From: Gammaproteobacteria bacterium
GTDB taxonomy: Bacteria; Pseudomonadota; Gammaproteobacteria; JABABF01
Reading direction: 5' to 3'
Length of the DNA stretch: 64,000 bases
Assembly (NCBI GenBank): GCA_965237805.1
Contig: OZ250153.1
Span: 608,001 to 672,000, forward strand
Shown here: positions 30,289 through 39,902 of the stretch, piece by piece
How positions within the stretch are numbered: the stretch's first letter is position 1
Layout: each line of letters begins with the position of its first letter
Notes under the pieces: generated by a model
Database searches by the model: none
Seen by the model: the letters and a program-made list of their open reading frames with translations, nothing else
Told to the model about the DNA's origin: nothing
Position numbers and translations under genes: made by a program

Positions 30289-31035
30289 CTATCCTGCTCT
30301 ACCACGCAACCACAGCGTCGCTCCGCTGGCGGCCAAGACCAGTAATAACAGCGAGGCCAGTGTCATGACGGCCACGCCTGCCGCGCCGAAGAGACGCCCA
30401 CTGTGCGCATCTTGGAGCCAGCGCTCCCAAGTGATACGACGGCCAGCGGCGTGACGGCGCACCGCTGTGCCCAAGGCCACCGGGATGGCTTGTGGCACCG
30501 ACCATGCCGACAGCAGGGGTGCCGCTGCGATAGCGCTGAATAGGCGAAACTCGGCATCGGCGACCACTAGGCCGCTGAGGCCGCGCAACACCACACGGCC
30601 ATCCGCTGCACGTGCGATGGCACTGACAGCATCTGACAATCCCGCACCGGGTTGCAATCGGTCGAGCAAAGCGCCGTCACGGTTCAGCAAGAGCAAACCA
30701 CCATCGGCAACCACGGCCAAAGATCCGTCGGCGGTGCCCACCGCCCCGCCCAGCACAGTCACCCGCAAGCCAGGCAAGGCGATGCCATCCAAATACAGCC
30801 CTGCACCCGCTTGGGAAAGCCAACGCCCCGCTGCCAAGTAGCTGCGCTCCTCGACCAGCGGCAGCTGATAGGGCAGCAACAGCAGCGGCGCGACGACAAA
30901 ACGCTGCTCCAAATGCAGCGCATCGGAAAATTGCAGAGCTAGCCCGGTGGCCAGCCACAGCATGAGAAAAGCCGCACCAAAAAGTGCGATTGAACGGTGT
31001 AGTGCTCGCATCGCGCTCAGCCCGGAGCGCCGCAC
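30289..31035 (-). CDS. PepSY-associated TM helix-like membrane protein
   Basis: N-terminal LHRSIAL..LATGLAL and C-terminal WERWLQDAHSGRLFG..SG..LW. Confidence 0.8.
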   Translation of the reverse strand: MRRSGLSAMRALHRSIALFGAAFLMLWLATGLALQFSDALHLEQRFVVAPLLLLPYQLPLVEERSYLAAGRWLSQAGAGLYLDGIALPGLRVTVLGGAVGTADGSLAVVADGGLLLLNRDGALLDRLQPGAGLSDAVSAIARAADGRVVLRGLSGLVVADAEFRLFSAIAAAPLLSAWSVPQAIPVALGTAVRRHAAGRRITWERWLQDAHSGRLFGAAGVAVMTLASLLLLVLAASGATLWLRGRAG

Positions 31036-31637
31036 TATTGCGGCACGAGCGCCGCCGTGGCTGGCGATGCATCGGCGGCGATGTGCCCATGCAACAGCAA
31101 GGCTAAGCGCGCCATACGGTTCATCGCATTGACCGACAGCGTGGCACCGCTGATACCGTTGACGCGACGACTCAAACGCTGCTGCTTGGATTGGAGCCGC
31201 AAGCCCTCATACTGGCGCAGAAAACGCGGATGCTTGATCTCCCAGCCACGGCTCTCGCGATAGATCAACACGCTCGCTTGGCGCAGCACCGGCAACCCCA
31301 CGCCACCATCTTCTCCAGCTCCTCCCTCGACGACAAAACCCGCCGTGATGAGGTGGTCGCGCCCAGTCTGCTCCAACAGCCACGCACTGCGCTGCCCCCG
31401 GTGCCAGTAGCGCAAGCGCCCAAGCGGGTATGGCTTGCCAAGCACACGCTGCATCTCGACCAGCAGGGCATCATCCGGCACGAGCAAGCGCACCGGCGGC
31501 AGCGCAGCACCAAAACTCTGAGCCAAAAAGCGCTCTGGTGCCAGCACCACCGACACAGCTCCCGACAATGTGGCCGGTACGCTGGCGAAGCTCAGTGCGC
31601 ACAATGCCAAAAATGCTAAAACGGCATGCAATGGCAC
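31035..31637 (-). CDS. Exported FMN-binding domain protein
   Basis: Signal-like N-terminus; YRESRGWEI..FLRQYEG and VNGISGATLS flavinylation motif; start re-picked. Confidence 0.85.
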   Translation of the reverse strand: MPLHAVLAFLALCALSFASVPATLSGAVSVVLAPERFLAQSFGAALPPVRLLVPDDALLVEMQRVLGKPYPLGRLRYWHRGQRSAWLLEQTGRDHLITAGFVVEGGAGEDGGVGLPVLRQASVLIYRESRGWEIKHPRFLRQYEGLRLQSKQQRLSRRVNGISGATLSVNAMNRMARLALLLHGHIAADASPATAALVPQ

Positions 31638-31654
31638 ACCACACCGGCAAGCAA

Positions 31655-32692
31655 TCAAAACTGATAGCCCAAGCCAACATTGAAGCTGTTGTAATCGCGC
31701 CCGCCTTGGTCGGCGAGGTCGTGCTTGGCTCCTTGGTAATCTAATTTGATGACCACCTGCTCGTGTGGCCACAGGCTGAGACCTAGCGTCCACCGCTTGA
31801 AGTCATCTTGGGCGCGCCCGCCACGCACATCGGTGATGCGGACAAAGACCCCCATCGCGTCGCTGAGTCGCACAGAAGGCTCGATAAACCAGCCATACTG
31901 CTCGTCGTAGCCCGCGCTCTCAACCGAACCGGTGACATCGAACAGCCAACCGGCGGCCAAAGCTCGCACAGCAAAGATGTCATACTGCCAATTGACATGC
32001 CCGCTGAGTAGTAGCCCATCACCGATCTCGGCGACAGACGGTGCCGGATCGCTCTGGTATTGCAGCGCGGCACCCACCGTCAAGCCCGGAATGCCGCGAT
32101 AGTTCACCGCAGCAGTCAAAGCGGGCTCTTTGAAGTTCGCTCGGGCGCTTTTCTGCCGCCCACCACGCACTTGCGCCGAAGTCATCTCCAAGGGCTCATG
32201 CAAGGCCAGCTCAACGGTCAAGCCGCTGTCCCAGCGCCGCGAGAGCATCAGGCCGCCTACCCACCAAGTCGTGGGAATGATGACACGCTCGACCTGATTG
32301 CGCTCGACACCATAGAAGGACGGCGGCTCATGCGTTTCGTTGATGAAGCCTATGGGCAACAGAAACACACCGGCGCGGCCAATCATCGTTGCTGAGAAAT
32401 CGTATTCGAGATAGCCCTGCTCCAGCGCCACTTCAGTGCCACCGTGCTCGAATTCCACCTCGGCGATCAGCCGCAGATCCTCGCTGAAAGCGTATCCCAA
32501 TGCCAACACGAAGTGATAAAAATCAAAGCTGCTGAGATCGTTGGACCTGATATCGGCGTCGCGATAGAAATAAGTCAGCTCACCATAGCCACCAATATCG
32601 AGCTGGCCCACATCGACCGGAGCGGCAGCGGACAGTGCCTGGATCTGCCCCAGATATAGCGATAGAGCAACGAGTGCTAAGCAGCGCAACAT
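31655..32692 (-). CDS. Outer membrane porin (OprO/OprP-like)
   Basis: Signal peptide, GGYGEL, EVEFEH..LEQGY, NETHEP..FYGVERN.VE..IIPTTW, C-terminal GLGYQF. Confidence 0.85.
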   Translation of the reverse strand: MLRCLALVALSLYLGQIQALSAAAPVDVGQLDIGGYGELTYFYRDADIRSNDLSSFDFYHFVLALGYAFSEDLRLIAEVEFEHGGTEVALEQGYLEYDFSATMIGRAGVFLLPIGFINETHEPPSFYGVERNQVERVIIPTTWWVGGLMLSRRWDSGLTVELALHEPLEMTSAQVRGGRQKSARANFKEPALTAAVNYRGIPGLTVGAALQYQSDPAPSVAEIGDGLLLSGHVNWQYDIFAVRALAAGWLFDVTGSVESAGYDEQYGWFIEPSVRLSDAMGVFVRITDVRGGRAQDDFKRWTLGLSLWPHEQVVIKLDYQGAKHDLADQGGRDYNSFNVGLGYQF

Positions 32693-32783
32693 GGGAAATA
32701 ATCCTCGGTCTGATCGCGGAGAATAATCACCATGCCGTGCAGCAGCTCCGCGATATTAGAATCGGCATGCTGTAGCGAATGGT

Positions 32784-32814
32784 ATTTTATACTATTTGGC
32801 AATCTATCTCAAAT
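32784..32814 (-). promoter_or_regulatory. Sigma70 promoter overlapped by a Fur-like palindrome
   Basis: TTGAGA-N17-TAAAAT; ATTTGAGATAGATTGCCAAAT (32794-32814) matches 9 of 14 positions of TGATAAT-N-ATTATCA. Confidence 0.55.
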
Positions 32815-32960
32815 CATTGTTCAATCGATCCAGAGCGCGACAGCCCAGAAGATAGGGGGCGACAGCAACAAGTGGCCGCACCAGGCGGCAGCACCCAGCG
32901 GATTGATGCCGTTTTGCTCGGCCATCCCCCCACTCAGCGCAAGGGGACGCAGTCAGCCCC

Positions 32961-34628
32961 TCAGCCCTCGGCGGAGCGCGAAGAGGCGCGCCACCACCAG
33001 CCAGAGGTGATCGGATAGCGTCGGTCGCGGCCAAAGGCGCGCGCACTGATGCGCACACCGACCGGTGCCTGACGCCGCTTGTGCTCATTGCGCTCGACCA
33101 AGGAGATCACATGGCGCACCTGCTCGAGCTCAAAACCGGCGGCGACGATCTCTTCCAAGCCCTCATCGCCCTCCACATAGCGCCGCAGGATCTCATCCAG
33201 CAGCGGATAGGGCGGCAGGCTGTCGTCGTCGCGCTGGTCGGGACGCAGCTCCGCCGACGGTGCCCGCGTCAGCACCCGCTCCGGAATGACTTGAGAGCGG
33301 CGGTTGCGCAGCTGTGCCAAGCGGTAGACCCGCATCTTCGGCACATCCTTGAGCACACAGAAGCCGCCAGCCATATCGCCATAGAGCGTCGAGTAGCCCA
33401 CCGCCAGCTCGCTCTTGTTACCGGTGGTCAGCACCAACAGACTGCGCTTGTTGGACATCGCCATCAGCAGCATGCCGCGACAACGCGCCTGCAGATTCTC
33501 CTCCGCCTCATTCGGCTCGGTACCGGCAAAATCCTCGGCTAGGGCATCCAAAAAAGCTTGGTAGACCGGCTCGATGGGGCGGATATGATGGCGCACACCG
33601 AGGGCTTCGGCCTCGGCGACGGCATCCTCGACGCTGATATCCGCCGTGTGGCGCGAGGGCATCAGCACCGCCTCGATTCGATCCGGCTCCAAGGCATCTG
33701 CAGCGATGGCCAGCGTCAGCGCCGAGTCGACGCCCCCCGACAACCCCACCACAGCACCATCGAAGCGATTCTTGCTCGCATAATCGCGCAGGCTGCAGCA
33801 CAGCGCCGCGTAGATCTCCTCATCCTCCTGCGGCCAGACCGCGAGCTCCCCTGCCACAGCAGTCACGGCACCGTCTCGGCACTCCAAGCGCACAGCCTGC
33901 AGACAATCGTGGAAAGCTGGCGCGACAGCGCAGGGCGTGCCTGTGGCATCCACCGCCGCCGAGCCACCATCGAAGACCAATTCATCTTGGCCGCCGACCA
34001 GATTGACATAGATTAGCGGCAGAGTTGTCTGCTCGGCGCGGCGGCGCAGCAAGTCCAAACGCTCGGCCTGTTTGCCGATATGAAAAGGCGAGGCGTTGAG
34101 GTTGATGATCAGCTTGGCACCGGCGGCAGCCGCCTCGAGGCTACGATCCAGCTCCCACAGATCCTCACAGATGCTGAGCGCGACCGGCAGTCCGGCGATC
34201 TCGCAGAGCGCACCACTCGGGACATCGTCGGCACTGCCGGGGATGAAGTAGCGCCGCTCATCGAAGACTTGGTAGTTCGGCAACTCCCGCTTGGCGTATT
34301 CGAAGCCCAACTCGCCGCCGTGAAACACGCCCGCCATATTCATCAGCCCGGCGGGGCGGCGACGCGGATAGCCCAACACCACCCAAACTTCTGCTGGCAG
34401 CTCGCGGACAAGCCGCTTCAAAGCCACCTCGACTCGCTCTGCGAAGCCGGGGCGCAGTAGCAGGTCTTCCGGGGGATAGCCCGTCAGCACAAGTTCGGGG
34501 AAGACCACCACTTGGGCACCGAGGGAGTCGCGGGCTTCGGCGACGAGCCGCAGAATCAAATCGGCATTGCCGTCGATATCGCCGACGAGAGGGTTGCACT
34601 GGGCTAGGGCTAGGGTGATAGAGGGCAT
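32961..34628 (-). CDS. nadE: Glutamine-dependent NAD+ synthetase
   Basis: Nitrilase domain FPELVLTGYPPEDL, ICEDLW; SGGVDS, ENLQAR, TGNKSE..GYSTLYGD, PSAELRPDQ. Confidence 0.97.
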   Translation of the reverse strand: MPSITLALAQCNPLVGDIDGNADLILRLVAEARDSLGAQVVVFPELVLTGYPPEDLLLRPGFAERVEVALKRLVRELPAEVWVVLGYPRRRPAGLMNMAGVFHGGELGFEYAKRELPNYQVFDERRYFIPGSADDVPSGALCEIAGLPVALSICEDLWELDRSLEAAAAGAKLIINLNASPFHIGKQAERLDLLRRRAEQTTLPLIYVNLVGGQDELVFDGGSAAVDATGTPCAVAPAFHDCLQAVRLECRDGAVTAVAGELAVWPQEDEEIYAALCCSLRDYASKNRFDGAVVGLSGGVDSALTLAIAADALEPDRIEAVLMPSRHTADISVEDAVAEAEALGVRHHIRPIEPVYQAFLDALAEDFAGTEPNEAEENLQARCRGMLLMAMSNKRSLLVLTTGNKSELAVGYSTLYGDMAGGFCVLKDVPKMRVYRLAQLRNRRSQVIPERVLTRAPSAELRPDQRDDDSLPPYPLLDEILRRYVEGDEGLEEIVAAGFELEQVRHVISLVERNEHKRRQAPVGVRISARAFGRDRRYPITSGWWWRASSRSAEG

Positions 34629-34962
34629 GGGAGTCGATGCAACAGAGTAGAAGAGCTGCGCCGAGGGGGTGGCATGGCCCCACTATGCCCGCAAGGCACT
34701 CTGTGCTAAGAGATGATAATCGAAAGCATTTTAACACTGGACTCGGCAAGACTGCTCGCCATTGGAGAAGCGTCGTGCCACCAGCGTCGCTAAGTTTCCC
34801 AACATAAAATCCGCCACACAGCCGCACGGAACCACCGCCATGTCCACCGCCACCCCATCACAAGTAGTGGGCCGATGCCACTGCCCACGGTAGGCCCAGC
34901 TTTGACAGCTCCCACCGACACAGGGAACAATAAACCGCACTCAGGGAAGAGGGTGATCGCCG

Positions 34963-35526
34963 ATGGAATGGCAGCACTTAGACGGCATCCGTGCACCCCA
35001 CCGCAGACCGTGGCTCAACGGCTTCACGCTGGTCGAATCCTTGGTGACGCTGGCTCTATTCGGGCTGCTCGTCACGGTCGGCATCGGTGGTTTCGGCGGT
35101 CGTCTCGCGCTAGCGCGGGCGGATGCCGCCGGGGATGCCTTGGTGCAGCTGCTGCACGAAGCGCGGGAAGCAGCCATCCGACTCAACACCGAGATTAGCG
35201 TATGCCCAGCGGGCAGCGATGGCGACTGCCTGCGCGACGGTGGCTCGCAACTGCTGCTATTCGAAGACCTCGATGGCAACCAGCAGCGGCAGATCAGCGA
35301 GCCATTGCTGCGCCAGTACCGGCCAGCGGGCGGGAGCATCGCAGTGCGTGCCGCCTTTGCGGCGCGCTCGCTCAAACTGGCTGCAGACGGCTCGGCGACG
35401 GCAAATGGCAGCCTCTACTACTGCCCGGACGATGCGCTGCCAGCACGCGCCCGCCGAATCGTGCTGGGCAGTGGCGGGCGGGTGCTGGCAGCGCAGGTGG
35501 AGGATGACACGGTGTGTGGGCTGTGA
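34963..35526 (+). CDS. FimT/FimU (GspH-like) minor pilin
   Basis: Prepilin site G|FTLVE, AREAAIR..ISVCP, ANGSLYYC, GGRV. Confidence 0.85.
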   Translation: MEWQHLDGIRAPHRRPWLNGFTLVESLVTLALFGLLVTVGIGGFGGRLALARADAAGDALVQLLHEAREAAIRLNTEISVCPAGSDGDCLRDGGSQLLLFEDLDGNQQRQISEPLLRQYRPAGGSIAVRAAFAARSLKLAADGSATANGSLYYCPDDALPARARRIVLGSGGRVLAAQVEDDTVCGL

Positions 35527-35829
35527 GTGGTGCCCGGCAAGGCCAACGCTATGCCCCATCCTCCTCGCCAAGTATGGACACATAGCTATCGTAGGCAAAT
35601 AGTCGCAAGCAGTGCCGGCCGGAGATCTCTCTGGCGGTGCCCTAGTCGACAAGCAGCCCGATGGCGGCAGCCACTGTGCTGGGTGACACCCCTGCTTGAT
35701 TCCACTCTTCGCAATCATGCTGCTTGTTATTTCGATTTCAGGGTCAAAATGAAATGGCGGGATTGCTCCTGCATGCTGCTAAGAATTGGCAACATCGCTC
35801 CGCAGCCGATAACACCACGCCGCCCACCC

Positions 35830-36288
35830 CTACCAACACCCCTCCCCCTCACCGCCATCGGTATGCAAAGCCCACTTTGCGCCGCTGTGATCCAGCAGCA
35901 ATACGGCGCAGCGGTCATCCAATGCCTGTGGCCCAGTCGGGCTGGCGCTGAGCATATAGCAGTAGTGATGGCCATCCTCGGCAACTTCACAGCCCGCTGT
36001 AGCAGCCCGCTCGCTATCGACACGCAGCAGATAGTGGCCGCCCGGCGAGGGCAGCGCGCCAGCTGTGCCGACCAGTGCCGTCTCGGTGGCGGCATAGTGC
36101 CCTTCACGCAGCCGGTACTCGGCCTGACGCGCCGCCAAGTCGAGCAAAGCGACGCGGGCATCGGCGCGGCGCACGCGTATCTGTTGCTGGCGAAACCCAG
36201 CTGTCGCCACCGCGAATAACACTGCTGTCACCGCTAGCACCACCAGCAGCTCGACCAAGCTGAAGGCCAGCCGCTGCCGCCACGCCAT
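35830..36288 (-). CDS. pilE: Type IV minor pilin PilE
   Basis: A|FSLVELLVV, RRADARVAL..AARQAEY, SPGGHY, QALDDRC, C-terminal CW. Confidence 0.85.
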   Translation of the reverse strand: MAWRQRLAFSLVELLVVLAVTAVLFAVATAGFRQQQIRVRRADARVALLDLAARQAEYRLREGHYAATETALVGTAGALPSPGGHYLLRVDSERAATAGCEVAEDGHHYCYMLSASPTGPQALDDRCAVLLLDHSGAKWALHTDGGEGEGCW

Positions 36289-36881
36289 CACGCCCCCTCC
36301 AACAAGCGCCAAGCATGGCTGCCAGCGGTGGACCACAGCGTCTGCAACAAGAGCCGCTCGCCACCCAGCGCGACAGCGCGTAGCGTCAGCTCGAATAGCG
36401 CCAGAGAATCAGCGCTGAAACAGCGGAACTCGACGATCCAACGCAGATCGATGCCAGCCCGCACAGCGGCGGTATGCCGATGTGGGAGCTCCCATACCTG
36501 CAGTGCCGGATCGAGCCACGGTGGCGAGGTGCCAGGGCTAAGGCGACACTGCTCCACCGCCGCGCCGACAGGGAAATCACCTTGGAAGCAATAGCCGCCA
36601 CCACAGCGATCGTCGAAACACAGTGTGCCGAGACAGGGGCCATCCCAAGATGCGCTGTCGGCATGGGAGGAAAACCCCTGACGCACCGCACGCAGTTGCC
36701 ACTCAGCGGCGAGTAGTAGGCGCTGATGGGCGCTCAGCGCCGCCGACTGTCGCAGCTGCCGTCCGGCACCACCCAGTGCCGCCGTTGCCTGATAGCTGAG
36801 CAGCGCGGCGAAGACCAGCACCAAGACCAGCGCCATCCCCGACCGCTGACGCTCACTGACAGGACACTGCCACACCATCAC
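36288..36881 (-). CDS. pilX: Type IV pilus PilX-like protein
   Basis: RQRSG|MALVLVL, LLLAAE, WIVEF..FELT.RA; sits between pilW and pilE. Confidence 0.75.
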   Translation of the reverse strand: MMVWQCPVSERQRSGMALVLVLVFAALLSYQATAALGGAGRQLRQSAALSAHQRLLLAAEWQLRAVRQGFSSHADSASWDGPCLGTLCFDDRCGGGYCFQGDFPVGAAVEQCRLSPGTSPPWLDPALQVWELPHRHTAAVRAGIDLRWIVEFRCFSADSLALFELTLRAVALGGERLLLQTLWSTAGSHAWRLLEGA

Positions 36882-37933
36882 AGCGCGGCGTTGCGCAACG
36901 CCACCTGCAGGCTGAGGCGACGGCGCAGGTAGCGGTCGGCGGGCAGCTCGCTACCGCCGAAGCTGCCCTGCGGCTGCGGAGCGGCGCTCACCGGTCGGCG
37001 CGAGCGCAGCAATAGCTCCACGCGCACACTGCGCACACGCTGCCAAGCCCCCAGCGCCGCCACCTCCTCGGCGGTGGCATAGCGCCAACCCGCCGCCAAA
37101 TCCAAGGCATAGTGCAAGCGCATATCCTCGACGCCGTGCACCACTTCCTGCGCACGCGAGAAAGCACCACCGCGCGACAGGCGCTCTCGGTACAGCGCTG
37201 GCGCACCGTCACCATGACTGGAGCTGCCGATGTACCAGGCGGCGGCGTACCACAACCACAACCGAGATCCGGCGGTGTAGAGGTGACTCGCCAAGTCATC
37301 GCCATCGCGACAGCGCCCGTTCCCGCCCAAGGCCACGCTGCAATTGCCCGGCACCGTGAAACCGCCGATGCTGTAGCTCAGTCGCGTCCCCAAGCGCCGC
37401 TCCAGCTGCAACAGTGCGGCTTGGCCGCAATCGGCATCCACCAGTAACGCCACATCGCCGCCGCGCCATGTGCCCGGATCGCTCAGCGTGATGGTGCCGG
37501 TATCGTGGGCGGCGAGGCTGCCGAAGCCAGCCGTCGCTCCCCGGCGCACCACCAAGCTGTCGCTGCCGGGACGGCGATCGGCTGAAAAGGCCACTGGTGC
37601 CGCCCCAGCCCCGTAACCTTCCACACCGGGGGCACCAAATAGCCAAGCGCGCGCCGGGGAGGCAGCCACGGCATCGGCCAGCGCACTGAAGCCACGGCAC
37701 GGGCCATGCCCCGCCATGCGCAGCTCGCGCCCCAGCAACAGCGCCGCCTGCCGGGCGGCGGCCTGTAGCGTGGCATCCTCACGCAACCACAGCAAGCCGC
37801 GATAGCTGGCTGCCCCCAGCGACAGCACCAGCAAGGCGATCAACACCGCGAGCGCCACCGCCAAGAGCAATTCCAGCAAGGTGGCACCGACAGTAGCACG
37901 AGGGGGGCTCAAGGCCCGTCTAGCCACAGCCAC
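36878..37933 (-). CDS. pilW: Type IV pilus PilW-like protein
   Basis: G|ATLLELL, RELRMAG..C, EVVHGVEDMRLHY, WQRVRSVRVELLLRS, VALRN. Confidence 0.85.
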   Translation of the reverse strand: MAVARRALSPPRATVGATLLELLLAVALAVLIALLVLSLGAASYRGLLWLREDATLQAAARQAALLLGRELRMAGHGPCRGFSALADAVAASPARAWLFGAPGVEGYGAGAAPVAFSADRRPGSDSLVVRRGATAGFGSLAAHDTGTITLSDPGTWRGGDVALLVDADCGQAALLQLERRLGTRLSYSIGGFTVPGNCSVALGGNGRCRDGDDLASHLYTAGSRLWLWYAAAWYIGSSSHGDGAPALYRERLSRGGAFSRAQEVVHGVEDMRLHYALDLAAGWRYATAEEVAALGAWQRVRSVRVELLLRSRRPVSAAPQPQGSFGGSELPADRYLRRRLSLQVALRNAAL

Positions 37934-38388
37934 CGTTCGCCGCCATCAATCGGATGACGCCAGCCAACCCCGACGCGAAGCGAGCCATCAAGCCACTCCA
38001 CCGCGCCCTGCCCGCCGCCGAGATCGCTCCGCAAGCCCTCGCGCCAACGCGCCAACTCCCAGCTGGCCAACTCCTCGTCGGCACAGTCCCACAGGCCACA
38101 ATCCGACGCCTCAGCGCCCTCCTCCCGCGCATAGTCCGCACTTGGATTGGCAACGGCGGCTTCGATCAGGGAATGTGCCGCCAACAGGGCTTGGACACCA
38201 TCCCACGCTTGGCGCTGGTACAGCAGGGCGATGCGCCCAGCATCGACATACAGCGACAGCACACCGCCCAGCAAAGCCGTCGCCAACAGCACTTCCAGCA
38301 ACGCGGCACCACCTGAGATGTCGCGGCGCAGCACCCGCACTCGACCCATGTGCTCACCCACAGCGGTGCCTCCTGCACCGGCCACCAT
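37909..38388 (-). CDS. pilV: Type IV pilus PilV-like protein
   Basis: G|AALLEVL, ANP, C....C..EELASWELARW; start uncertain. Confidence 0.75.
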   Translation of the reverse strand: MVAGAGGTAVGEHMGRVRVLRRDISGGAALLEVLLATALLGGVLSLYVDAGRIALLYQRQAWDGVQALLAAHSLIEAAVANPSADYAREEGAEASDCGLWDCADEELASWELARWREGLRSDLGGGQGAVEWLDGSLRVGVGWRHPIDGGERWLWLDGP

Positions 38389-38463
38389 GCCCCACGGGCA
38401 TCGCGCTCCATGCTAACGGGGGATCGGCCAGTGCGAGGGCGTCAAATCACCCCAAGTGAGCAG

Positions 38464-39405
38464 CTATTTAGCGGTGCTCTCCCGCAACTCTACCGGCACC
38501 GGAAATACAATCGTCTCCAGCTCACCGAGTATTTCCTCTGGCTCGCCACCCAGCGCCGCCACCACCTCCTGCACCAGTGATTCCGGTGCCGAAGCCCCGG
38601 CGGTGACACCGACGGTGGCCGCATCGGCCAGCCACTCCGAGCGTAAATCTGCGGCATTGTCGATCAAAAAAGCGCTGGCACCCTCCGCTGCTGCCAACTC
38701 GCGCAGGCGATTGGAATTGGAGCTGTTGCGCGAACCGACCACCAACACCACATCGCAGGATGCGGCGAGGCGGCGCACCGCGTCTTGGCGGTTCTGCGTG
38801 GCGTAGCAGATGTCGTCGCGACGCGGCCCTTCAATGGCCGGAAAGCGGCGGCGCAACTCGGCCAATATATGTTGCGTTTCACTCACAGACAACGTGGTCT
38901 GGGTGACATAGCCGAGGCGCTGCGGGTCGTCGACATGCACCGTTTGCGCCACCGCCAAACTCTCCACCAAATAGATGCCACCCGCCCCGCCGCAAGCTGC
39001 CTCGTACTGCCCCATCGTGCCTTCGACCTCGGGGTGGCCAGCATGGCCGACGAGCAGGCACTCGCGCCTATCCCGCCCCAACTGGCGCACTTGGCGGTGC
39101 ACCTTGGTGACCAGCGGGCAAGTGGCATCGAAGACTTTGAACCCCCGTTTCTCTGCCTCCTCCTCTACCGCACTGGAGACACCGTGAGCGCTGAACACCA
39201 CCACCGCACCGGGCGGCACTTCATCGAGTTCATCGACGAAGACGACACCGCGGCGGCACAGATCGTCCACCACCGTGCGGTTGTGCACGATTTCGTGGCG
39301 GGAATAGACCGGTGCCCCAAAGCGCTCCAAGGCTCTTTCGAGGATATCGACAGCGCGATCCACACCGGCGCAGAAGCCACGCGGATTGGCCAGTAGCACT
39401 CTCAT
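38464..39405 (-). CDS. ispH: 4-hydroxy-3-methylbut-2-enyl diphosphate reductase
   Basis: [46 protein letters not shown]. Confidence 0.98.
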   Translation of the reverse strand: MRVLLANPRGFCAGVDRAVDILERALERFGAPVYSRHEIVHNRTVVDDLCRRGVVFVDELDEVPPGAVVVFSAHGVSSAVEEEAEKRGFKVFDATCPLVTKVHRQVRQLGRDRRECLLVGHAGHPEVEGTMGQYEAACGGAGGIYLVESLAVAQTVHVDDPQRLGYVTQTTLSVSETQHILAELRRRFPAIEGPRRDDICYATQNRQDAVRRLAASCDVVLVVGSRNSSNSNRLRELAAAEGASAFLIDNAADLRSEWLADAATVGVTAGASAPESLVQEVVAALGGEPEEILGELETIVFPVPVELRESTAK

Positions 39406-39902
39406 CGCGCCGCATCCTCGTCGATCCACACCGCCCACAGCACCAACGCCGCCCCGCAGCTGATGGCGGCATCGGCGGTATTGAAGGTTGGGAAATACCA
39501 GTGTTGCCAATGCACTGAGACGAAGTCCGTGACATAGCCGAAAATCACCCGCTCGTAGAGGTTGCCGAGGCCGCCGCCGAGCACCAGCGCCAAGCCCACG
39601 CCGTAAAATTTTTGCCGCTGAGACAAGCGTAGGATCATGGCAGTGATCACGGCGACGAGCAACAGGCTGACCAGCGATAACGCAATCCGTCCCGCCATGC
39701 CATTGTCGCTGAACAGGCTGAAAGCAGCACCGGAATTGAACTGCAGGCGCAGGTCGAGCACCGGCAACAGCTGTAGCGGATGCGGCATCAGCCATATCTG
39801 CGCCAAGTTTTTACTGATCAAATCGCAGACCAGCACAAAGCCAGCCAACAAGAGTAGCCAAGTGCGAAATACCTGCTCCGGCGTGCCACCGCGATCAAAC
39901 AT
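39402..39902 (-). CDS. lspA: Lipoprotein signal peptidase
   Basis: [29 protein letters not shown]. Confidence 0.95.
   Translation of the reverse strand: MFDRGGTPEQVFRTWLLLLAGFVLVCDLISKNLAQIWLMPHPLQLLPVLDLRLQFNSGAAFSLFSDNGMAGRIALSLVSLLLVAVITAMILRLSQRQKFYGVGLALVLGGGLGNLYERVIFGYVTDFVSVHWQHWYFPTFNTADAAISCGAALVLWAVWIDEDAAR

Noticed and set aside
34629-34962. Riboswitch or ncRNA in the nadE-fimT divergent gap
   Set aside because: I could not recognise any aptamer consensus by eye; an Infernal/Rfam scan would be needed to exclude one
35527-36219. 230-aa plus-strand ORF after fimT
   Set aside because: It overlaps pilE antisense and has no recognisable motifs; typical high-GC shadow ORF
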